This document shows positions 53,950 to 64,000 of a DNA stretch of 64,000 nt, piece by piece (positions within the stretch are counted from its first letter, which is position 1; the number at the start of each line of letters is the position of its first letter). The notes below the pieces were generated by a model that saw nothing but the letters and a program-made list of their open reading frames with translations, was not told the origin of the DNA and did not search any database. This DNA comes from Octopus bimaculoides (lineage: Eukaryota). Where the stretch lies: NCBI RefSeq assembly GCF_001194135.2, contig NC_068995.1:17288438-17352437 (forward strand). Reading direction: 5' to 3'. The translations under genes and the position numbers were made by a program.

Positions 53950-54528
53950 TCATCATCAGCACCATCACCATCCTCATTTAACCCTCTTTGTTCATGCTGG
54001 CATTGGCTGGATTGTTTGAACGGGTCTGGCACGCTGGAAGGCTGCACCCAACTCCAGTCGGATTCGCCATGGTTTTCTACGGCTGGATGTCCTTCCTAAC
54101 GCCAACCACTCCAAGAGTGTAATGGGTATTTTTACGTACCGCCTGCACGGGTGCCATATTCGTGACACCAGTATCTGTCATGACTGCGCTTTTGCTCGGC
54201 TTGATATGTCTTCTCAAGCATGGCATAAAGCCAAAGGTCTCGCTCATCGCCTCCGTGAGGCCCAACACTCGAGAGGAACTCTGCCACTTTGCCTCTGTGA
54301 GACCCAACGCTCGAATGGCACGGCACAGGTGCCAGTTAAGTGTCACCAACATCAGCCACGACTGCGATTTTACTTGGCTTGACGAGTATCGCCAAAGGTC
54401 TTGGTCACTAGTCATTGACTCTGTGGAGCTCAAAGTTTGAAGATCAAGCTGCACCATCTCGACCGATGTCTGCCTGGGTCTACCACTGGTTCGCTGCACA
54501 GTTAGAGAGCGGCACTTCTTTACACAGC
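53950..54528 (-). mobile_element. RTE-clade LINE 3' end with internally duplicated segments and (GAT)n tail
   Basis: Minus strand [46 protein letters not shown] is a typical RTE C-terminus; tail ...gttggcgttaggaaggacatccagccgtagaaa...gatgatg. Confidence 0.7.
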
Positions 54529-54577
54529 TATGTATGTATGTATGTATGCATGCATGTATGTATGTATGTACGGATGG

Positions 54578-54613
<36 letters not shown>

Positions 54614-54669
54614 ATGGATGACTGGATGGATGCATATATGTATCTATGCGTGTGCGTGTCTATGTGTAT

Positions 54670-54869
54670 GTGTTGGTCCACCACCACCGCTTTACAACCT
54701 GTGCTGGTGAGTTTCCCTTAGCGTAAACTAGCGGTTCGGCAAAACAGACCGATAGAATAAATACCAGGCTTAAAATAAAGAAGCGCTACCGTTGATTTGA
54801 TTGACTGAAACCGTTGAAGGTGGTGCACCAGCATGGCCGCAGTCAAATGACTGAAACAAAAAGATAAAA
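54670..54869 (+). mobile_element. SINE 3' segment, same family as 22702-22895
   Basis: gcggttcggcaaaacagaccgatagaataaatacc...ggtggtgcaccagcatggccgcagtcaaatgactgaaacaaaaaga. Confidence 0.8.
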
Positions 54870-55438
54870 TATTTTAAGGAGACAAAAGTTGGCGCGAGGA
54901 GAATGGTATATGACCAAATGTTTAATATGGCACAAACATACATAAACATAGGCATACATATATTTAACTACCTACAAGCAGATGTATATATATATATATA
55001 TATTATATATATATATGTGTGTGTGTGTGTACAAAGGTCTTTGCGTGTATATGAGAATCAGTGTCTCCGAGAGTAGCTAAGATGGGTGCACGATCGCTGA
55101 TGCATTCAAAGCTGTCTTGCTGATTGATCCCTTTTTTCTAACCACGAAGATATTCTCTTCTATAAGCATGATGTTTACATTTATCTATGCATATGTTGTT
55201 GACTAAATCCTATCGATAAAATGTGTCGTACTGCATAACATCGAAGCAGAGCAGAGGTAACGCACCAGGAATTTATACATAGATACATAGATATATACAT
55301 ATATGCATACCTACAGATAGACAAACAGAAATAAAGACACACATATATACGTACATACGTATGCATAAGCGAGCCGAGTGCTTGCCTAAGTGTGGGCGTT
55401 GAATTTTCTGTATCTATCTTTCTATAATATCTTTGTCA

Positions 55439-55473
<35 letters not shown>

Positions 55474-56807
55474 ATATCTATATATCCATCGATAGATAGA
55501 TAGAGAGAGAGAAAGAAAGACAGACTGATAGATATATAGGTATCCATACGTACAAACATACACATACATGCATATATTAATATTTCTTTTATAAGCTGAA
55601 GACAAGAAATGCAATAGCGTTTGAAGTCTCTAGAGTAGAATGATTGAAGAGGCGTTTAGTTTACGTGAACTCCAACTTGAACTGCAACGCTGTGTTGGCT
55701 GTGAAGCCAAACCCCTAAAGAAGATGATTTTTTTTTCTATACCAGAACGGTGGCATCCATGCATTATTATGCGTTGAACTGTTGTCCATCTTGGCTGAGA
55801 ACCTACAATATCAACTCTGACTTTCAAATGACCTTGGCACTCCACTCACCGATCATTATTTTTCCATCGTAGAATAACCCGTCATATGCTTAAATTATTC
55901 TATCGCAGACTGACCGGAACTTGTTATGTCGAATTGTTGTGCCTTTCTATAAGATGACGCACTCGGGATTACGACTTATCTCACCAATGTCCAGAAGTTG
56001 GCACGTGGGATGCAAACGCATTTTACACAAAGTATGTGAAATCAATATCCAGAAGCAACATTGTTTTATAAATGAAAACACAATGCATAACGGTTCGTAA
56101 ATTGTGATAAATTGCTCAAATGCAACAATCCATGCAACTCCCAGAGGCTATGAATTACAGCAGCCATTCTATAAATGTGTTCACGTATGAGTGTAACTCT
56201 CGACATTGTCTGTTGCGTAGTTAATTTTTCCTTTTTCCTTTTCTCTTTTTTTTTTGTCGTCTCTTTACAGTGAATATTTTTGTGTGAGGGCAGGATAGTA
56301 TTGTAAGATTTCCCTTCATAGAGTCACACTCACGAATAAATAAATAATCTACTGAAATATGTGCAGTATAACATGAGGTACGAATGAGCTATAAATCTGG
56401 AACGCAATTAACCTCCTAATTCATGTTCCCGTTTATTTTTTCAATCCCGAGTGCTTTACCTGACCGGAATATATATCTGACCCGAAATTCATTACGAACG
56501 TTGAGTACACAAGGTATTCACTAATGTGTATTGAGAATCTAAGAGCATATTAAAACTTTAATTACATTCCTTTCCTTGTTAATACGTACAGTTACGAATA
56601 ACATGTACAAAATACACTGCTAGACTTCAATGAACGCAAACAAAACTGCATTAAATAAACATTGCACTCTTTTATGGTAAATGTATATATCTGTTTCAAT
56701 GGCAAGATGGTGCGATTCTGTCAACGAGAGAATGTCTTCATACACATAAATAAAATACGCATCATATATAGTTATGAGGAAAACATTATTGCAGTAGATA
56801 CTCGCGA

Positions 56808-56849
56808 GAATGGCAGACGCGTTTCGCCATACTTGGCGATTTTCCATTC
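56808..56849 (-). ncRNA. Decayed hammerhead-like motif (CUGA core lost)
   Basis: GAATGG-aaaatc-GCCA-agta-TGGC-GAAAC-GC-GTC-TGCCATTC: stem I GAATGG/CCATTC, stem II, GAAAC, palindrome ACGCGT and GUC triplet all present. Confidence 0.45.
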
Positions 56850-57699
56850 TGTGCATCCGTTTTCCACTTGCCAAACCGAGGATTTTGTTTTGGCATATGT
56901 AAAACAGTGGATAATGCCTTTACTGGTATTGTGGACAAATGTCAGAGTATGGCGCTTTTCCTTTAATGCTATTTCAATTGCGTTCACCGAGTTTTGTACT
57001 GCCCAACAGACATTCAGTGTTAGTCACTGTCTCCTACATATCGAGGCTGGGACTTCGATTAGGCAAGTGAAAAACAGATGCATGGTATTACATCAAAGGA
57101 GGGCGAAAATGCAGTAACGATGCTCGCCTTACTCTGGTATATATTGTGTGTTCAAATCACATATAATATGCTTATGAAGAATTTCTGTTTTCAAACAGGA
57201 ACCATAAGCATTTTGCTTTTCTTTGGTGTATTTAGTATAGTAGGTGAACGGACATCGATGCAAAACAAGTACTGCAGTGCATTCCAAGAAAATGCCTTTA
57301 GCACATTAACGCATGTAATATCGATTCCCCATTAATATCTTTGGCACATTATTAAATGTGATATAGAACCAACCTTGCATATAGGAAGTATTGCAATTTT
57401 TTTAGACTGTTTTATTTCGAAAAATATAAGAAAATATAAAACAAAAGAAGAATGCGTCATTTATGCCATCATCTAGGATATATAAAGCAATGCGTAATGG
57501 TATTTCTCCGTTACATCTATTTGTCTAACTGAATTCGTTTTCGGTGCATCCTGTACACTGGAAGAGATACCATATTTCATAGAAGAAAGGCTTAATACAT
57601 CTAGTAATATAAGGAAAAAATTAAAACTAACGAATCTGAAGAACTGTGACTAGGAACTTTATTTGCTTCCAGAAACGACTTTAAACTTTCTTAGAAAAA

Positions 57700-59016
57700 C
57701 CAAAATATGGTTTACGTGTGGAATAAAGACACACTTGCGGTTATACAACGATGAAGCAGTCGATAAAGAAAGCAAATTGAAATATAGCACCAAAATTTCT
57801 GATGGGTCAACATATTACACCGTGGCAAGGAATGTGATGTTACAGAACGGGAAAATTTGCTGAAGCAACAACATATTTTAACTGTAGCTTGGTTTACAAA
57901 ATGTCAATTTTCCAGTGCGGAGAAAGTATTGAGGTTTTTAGAACTAATAATTTGAAGATTTGTCAATATGACTATCATTCCAGTTTAAGTGAGCGTATGT
58001 CTAAGAAATTTATGCACAACGATAGATTCTATCCCCAACCCCATTTCGTATCATAATTCAATTAGTAATAATATTTATAATTTAATCACCTAGAGGACAA
58101 AATAATAGGTAGGAAATTTATACTGACATTACAGGCATTCTCTAAAACCCTTCATCTAGATAGTGTATTATCCCTGCTGTCTTATGTTTTTGACTTTCAC
58201 ATCTTTCATTCACAAGGTTGCGGCTATGCTGGTTTCTTGTCTTTATGCAGAACACTCAATACTTATTTCAAGCTAGTACTATTTCGTATATTTATCCAAC
58301 AAAATGGAATGGCGTAGGCTTCATGTACAAGCATGCAAAATGACAAACCAATTTATAGCTTGAAGGAAGCAGATATACACCTGCAGCAAGTCATAAAAGG
58401 CGGTAATATGACGTAATGGTCGTTTGCCCGAACAAGCATAATTGTTGGTAATCGCATTGGTTATCGAGTCGTTTTGTTTGGCCTGGTATGAATAAGGATA
58501 TTCATTGTTGGGTTTAATCGTGTATGCAGTGCCAAAATGCAAAAGTAAATCGTCACAGTAAAGCACCATTAGGTACTTTTGCAAATCTTGATGCCAGATT
58601 GCAACACATTCATATTGACGTATTTGGGCCATTACCTCCAGTAGAAGGTAATATTTATTTGTTAACATACATAGATTGTTTTTCGCGATGGCCAGAAGTT
58701 TATCTAATCAAAGACTTATCTTCAGTAACTATAGCAATAACTTTATTTATCAATTGGATGTCTAGATTCGGCATACCCGAAACATTGACAATAGATCGTG
58801 GAAGACAATTTGAGCCTACACTTTTCGCAGAATTCAACAAATTGTTGGGAATTCATAATATTCGTACATCATATCATCAACAATCTAACGGCATGATAGA
58901 AAGGTTTCATAAGCAGTTGAAATCTTCATTAAAACTTATTCTGATTCTCACAGTTGGTTAGAAGCTTTACCAGTAACATTGTTAGGAATCAGGAGTGCTT
59001 TTAAAGAAAGGTTACA
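57700..59016 (+). mobile_element. Ty3/gypsy pol remnant: integrase clear, RT-connection/RNase H traces weak
   Basis: RFVWPGMNKDIHCWV*SCMQCQ (58470-58535, in frame with ORF 58524-58961), HIDVFGP, IDCFSRWPE, TIDRGRQF, NGMIERFH (D-34-E) and WLEALPVTLLGIRSAFKE. Weaker upstream traces KYGLRV (57703), VLRFLEL (57926), GRKF..YTD (58108) and FDFHIFH. Confidence 0.9.
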
Positions 59017-59220
59017 GTCCTCGCTCAAAATTTTCTCGTACGAGCTCCAGGACACAGTAGTCATATCAACAACTTGTTCAATTGTTCGGCTACGGTCCTC
59101 CTAGATGAATCCATGAATTTTTGTGATGTTTTCATTCGTTGAGGAGGCCAGCGGTCGACCTGAACGATGTTCGTCCTCAAGCGAGAAGTCCCCATTCCTA
59201 AAGCGTAAAAACCATTACAA
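59017..59220 (-). mobile_element. mariner transposase N-terminal (HTH) fragment
   Basis: Minus strand from 59214: WFLRFRNGDFSLEDEHRSGRPLASSTNENITKIHGFI*EDRSRTIEQVVDMTTVSWSSYEKILSED. Confidence 0.85.
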
Positions 59221-60406
59221 TAACACTATAGGGAATGTAGCCACATTTTCTTATACTCAATACATAAATAATTCATTTGGCTAAGAAAGTTGAAGCATAC
59301 CGCTATAACTATCCATAGAAACGTAGAACAATCTGACAGCATGACTTATGAGTGAAGGCCAGTTTCTTCCTGTCCCTCTATTTGGTGTTTTTCCTGTACG
59401 TTTTTGTATCGTATATCTGTTCGGATGTATTATTGTCCTCTATTGCTTTTTGTTCTATTTATATATATATAATTTAGAGAAAAGAACCACAATTATTTCA
59501 TTCATCCAAGAAAATGCACACTTACATATAGAAAAATTTAATAAGTAAATATTCTTTTACTATTTAAATATTTATTACTCTGTACTTTTTTGATTTTTAT
59601 TCTAGGTCTTTTTAGTGCATTTACTTATTAAATTTTTCTGTATGTGATTGCGGATTTTCTTGGATGAATTAAATAATTGTGGCTTTCCTCTCTAAATTAT
59701 ATATTTTATATATTATATATTGTGAAATTTAATTTAATTTTGATAAATTAAATTAAATCTTTCCCTGTAAATTTGGAATTTTTTCCCTAATATATATATT
59801 CATATATATATACATACACGTGCGTGTGTATGTGCACGTGCTTTGTATTCCTTGGTTGCGATGTCGATTCTGTGTGGTAGTGTGGCAAAAGTGCTGTTGT
59901 AAATAAAAGGGACTCTTTTCTTCTTCACGTGTTAACTGTCTTGATTTGTTTAGGAGAGGGAAAATGCGAAAGAGAACCAACACCTACAACGGTACTTGAT
60001 TGCTACATTTGTGATGAGAATGCATTAGTGTAAAGGAATAACGGGACAGAATTCTATTTACTGCTCAAATAATACATCGAATTTGTCGCACCCCTCAGCT
60101 TCTGTGTGTCTCTATTTCACTACATTTATACCTACCAGTCTATCTATCTCTCTGTCTGTCTGACTGTGTCTCCCTCTATTTATCTGTCAGTCTATCTGTT
60201 TACCTATCTGCTTTTCTTTCTGTCTCTTTTTCTATTTCATTCATTTATTCTTTTCTGTACATCATCTATCTTCTATGTATATATGTGTGTATAGCTATGC
60301 CTATATAACTATATCCGTGTATCTTTTAATAAAGTGTATGCATACGTGCACGTTGATATATATTGAAGTGTCATGTGTGCGTGTGTGTCTGTGTTTGTGT
60401 GCGTTA

Positions 60407-60460
<54 letters not shown>

Positions 60461-61770
60461 TGTGTGTGTAAGGTGCCAATCTGAGCAGTCATGTACGTGG
60501 TCAGTGTTTCCGTATATGTACGCCTTTTGCATTTTAGTGTGCTTCCATGAGTGTACATCAGTATTCGTGCTGCTGTAAGTTTAGACATAATTTTATAGTC
60601 ACACGTTTGAATACACCCATACATACATATATACATACATACATACATATATATTATATATATGTACATACACACACAGAGACACACACATATCTATATG
60701 CCTGCGTGTGTCATGGGTGGTGTCGTGTATGCGAAGTTAAAAGCGAGATGGAAGTGATGCAAATTACTATAGAAGGATACATAATTGTATATCGTAATTA
60801 TTTTTTCCCATCATCTAGTCAACAAAACATTGTCTGAAATACAATCCAAATCATAGATATCAAAACTGTCGTCTGCATCATACATCGAAATGTCAAGCAG
60901 TCTTTATTTTTTTATTCATTCTCATAATTTTCCTTTCTATAATGTTTGTTTTCCTATAATTCTCCTCATTTTTTGTTGCCTATCATTATCTATTTGCTGT
61001 CTGTATGTCTGAATCTATTCTTCCTTTTTGCATTTATTATTTATCTCGTTGTGATGAGGAATTATACTTGGTTGCTTATATAATTTCGGAATATATCCTT
61101 CTAATACTCATTTTTTTAGATATCGTTGTGTTATTTGTATTCTCTTTAATCGTTTCTCTTTAAAATTCTGTGAGGTTTTACAAATTAATCTCGGATTACT
61201 TGATCTTGGATATACCACATATACTGAAACTGTAACTTGCTTTGCCATCAAATATCCCATTATTACTTAAAATGTTATAGTTATGCTAGTTTGACTTTAG
61301 CAGCATGAACCATGCTTTCACTAATCGTTGAAGCTGCCTATATTGTCGTAGACATACCACAGGCTCACAGGCTGAACCGGACCGTCTATAAGTGCGATAG
61401 TTGAACTTCCAGTGCGTAAAAATTGGAGGGACGTGGGGCTGAACATTCTTTCAGCATGATAAATATTTCAGCAGCTGAGACCAGAAATGAAAAATGAATT
61501 GTCCTGCTGAAAGACACAACGAGTTGCTTGGTGGTGGATTCGGATCTATGGATTCCTGTCCACAAGTGCAACACCTACTAGAACCAATCAAGCCTCTAGA
61601 AATATTAGTCAACCTTCCTTCAAAATCTTACGTTATGCTCAAGAGAAAAGAAATGACATAGTGTGTAATGATTATATATATATTTTTTCTCAAAAGATGA
61701 GTTACTTGTAGCTTCTCAATAAAGGTTGAACCAAAACTAAACCATGACGAGTAAAAACATCGACCTCGTA

Positions 61771-61995
61771 AGGATGAAAGGCAAATCAACCTCCGCTGGA
61801 TTTTAATTCAGGTCGAGAAGACAGGCGAAATGCCACTAAGCACTACGAATAAATATTAAATGTTATTACCGACTATCATTAAATTGTATTTTCTAATTCA
61901 TCTAAGAAAAGGACCAGTTGAGCACTGGGGTCGATGTAATCGACTTTTCTCCTCCTCCGAAATTGGTGGCCTTGTTTCAAAATTTCTAACCAATA
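61771..61995. mobile_element. Two SINE (42416 family) fragments in opposite orientation
   Basis: Minus-strand core/head at 61771-61845 (aggatgaaaggcaaatcaacctccgctggatt); plus-strand tail at 61914-61995 (accagttgagcactggggtcgatgtaatcgac). Confidence 0.6.
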
Positions 61996-63254
61996 TTTAT
62001 TCGTAGTTACTCTCATCTCTTTCGAATCGAGTGACATCATTTGCTATTTGTTAACAATCTAATTTCAATTTACTCAGCTTTGAATATTTTATCCTTAACT
62101 GATTTGAGAAGTATATGTATGATTACATGCAGTACCGTCAGAACAAATTACGAATGTTGTCAGATGGAATTTTATTACAATTAGAATAATTAACATGAGA
62201 ATACTTCGAAGTTACAGAGTTCCTGGAGTGCCGTATTGAATGATTAGTGATATTTCTTATGCATGCTGTTTTCTGATTTCATATCCAACTGAGGTAAATT
62301 TCCTTACCTGAGCTTTCTTTTTTGTTTTTCGGGGAGGTGGGGCCTTTGCAGTATCTTGAGTAGCAACCTATAATGCAAAGGAGAGAACGATATAAATGCT
62401 ACCTATCAGGGTAGGTTTTGCGGTTCAAATGATTGAAAATTCATGAATGCAGATCCCCAGCATGTTCACAGTACAATGACCGAAACCAGTAAAAGAGTAA
62501 GTGTGTTTAGGAAACGGACTTCAAATTTTTGTCAGCACATCATATGAATAATGCATGAGTTTGTTATTGCTGCTGATATTCATCACAATACATGAACGGT
62601 ATTTTATAGTAACGATTCTCTGAAGGAGACAAAGTAAATTGAACATCAACAGGATTTCATATCAGAATATATATAGAAGAGAATAAGTAAGTCTTAAGGT
62701 CTCCGCCTATCCAAAGAAATATTTCTGATCTAGGCACAAGGCTACCAGTTCTACACTGCTACATTAGAAGATACCGTTCACCCAAGTCGTTGAGTGATAA
62801 TCTATTCGATCCAAACCAGGATTAAGGAAAGGAAAATTGACCCAGCTGGAACTGAACACAGAAAGGAACGATTCGGACGGAAAAGAAAAAAATAAGCTCA
62901 AAGCGTTTTGCACAAGGCACGACCAATTCAGCCAATCCATGACCTTCCGGGTACAGCATACTAAAAATAGCTTTAAGCAACCTAACTTATTCCGCCTTTT
63001 TAAATCTTAGTATTATTTCAGAGAAATATTTAAAAACTTGTTTGGTAATATACTTTTACATTTAATAACCTGGACAAATATTACACTAACGAAATAATTG
63101 TTACCATTCCAATCAATATCTCGATATATTCGCTATGGTGGAATGACATTTTTCATTGCAATGTATGTATCTTCATTCCCTCAAACGTTTTCTGTGATAT
63201 TTTTAATATTCTAATCCTAGAAAATTATGTAACCAGAAAACTGCATGCAATAAA

Positions 63255-63600
63255 TGTCATTCTGGACGTGTTATCAAAGGCCTGCGACGTTCGTCATAAA
63301 CCTTAAGACATTTGCTATAAGGATATTAATTTTTGTATTTCCTGACGCGGCAGAGTTTATATGGATAGAATCTTTGTTAGGTAAAAGTTTCAGACAATAA
63401 CGAAAATGGACGGGTTACATGCAAACACCAATGATATACACATTTTCTTAATATAGATTAAAGGATCCACAGTGTTGGTATTCTAATAGAGTATCTGAGT
63501 ATTTAAGTGACAAAAATAAAAATTATAAACACTTTCAAGATATGGCTGATATAATTCACTGCGAATGGAATTAGAAATATTGGGCTCCATTCTATAACTA
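63255..63600 (+). mobile_element. Probable CR1/L2-type RT remnant
   Basis: Hand translation gives NVILDVLSKACDVRH (cf. D.FLDFSKAFD.V.H), WIESLLG (cf. WI.SFL), a KGS motif and MADI, in the expected order but badly decayed. Confidence 0.4.
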
Positions 63601-64000
63601 GGGTCTCATTATGTTTCGCTAGAGATCAGCTCATAGGATAGTATTTTCTTCATATGAGGAATACAGAAAAATGTCTATATTCGTATCGCGTAACCATGTC
63701 TTACTCTCTGATCGCATGCTATAAAGGAACACAAATCTATTCAGGATATGAAGTGCGCTATATTACATAGCGTAATAATATGCGTGCGTATGTGTGTGTG
63801 TATGGTCTTTATTTTTGTGTCGTATTGATACGCACTAAATTAGTAGTCCACCTACAAATATATTTCTGCTTCGCTTATATATATGTTCATATACTTATAT
63901 GAATGCGTAAATTTATATATATATAAATATATATATATAATCATTAAAGTATATAACATGTAATATGCATACATAAATATATCAATAAATGTGTGTATAT

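Noticed and set aside
55630-56100. Possible second gypsy integrase zinc-finger trace on the minus strand (IIMHGCHRSGIEKK)
   Set aside because: Only a loose H-x-H pattern; following motifs are not recoverable.
56662-57117. 151-aa plus-strand ORF
   Set aside because: No recognisable domain; it overlaps the antisense of a probable retroelement relic.
79-60837. The many ORFs rich in YI, HT, VC, LS, poly-X or single amino-acid runs
   Set aside because: They are translations of di-, tri- and tetranucleotide microsatellites and N-gaps, not genes.

Overview
AT-rich, repeat-dense eukaryotic genomic DNA with about 14 N-gaps, almost all flanked by (TA)n/(TG)n tracts, which points to a short-read assembly. 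The SINE families and microsatellite load look like an octopod cephalopod (Octopus); this is inferred from remembered repeat families, not from a search. I found no credible host-gene exon. Nearly all ORF-track entries are microsatellite or N-run artefacts, and every recognisable coding stretch is a decayed transposon. These are: one long RT + CCHC + REL non-LTR pseudogene (10.6-13.0 kb); five shorter R4/Dong-type 3' fragments sitting in (TAA)n tracts; two deletion derivatives of a DD37D (maT) Tc1/mariner element; an RTE 3' end; a Ty3/gypsy pol remnant abutting a mariner N-terminus; a probable CR1/L2 RT remnant; and many tRNA-derived SINEs. The most interesting signal is RNA structure. Three unrelated minimal type-I hammerhead-ribozyme-like motifs lie on the minus strand, each with a different palindromic stem III as in Penelope-like elements. 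One of them forms the tail of a tRNA-headed SINE-like element (2.77-3.07 kb). Also notable are a ~150-bp-arm inverted repeat (35.75-36.17 kb), two perfect 16-17 bp hairpins and a SINE with a fold-back inversion. All translations and alignments were done by hand and element boundaries are approximate.
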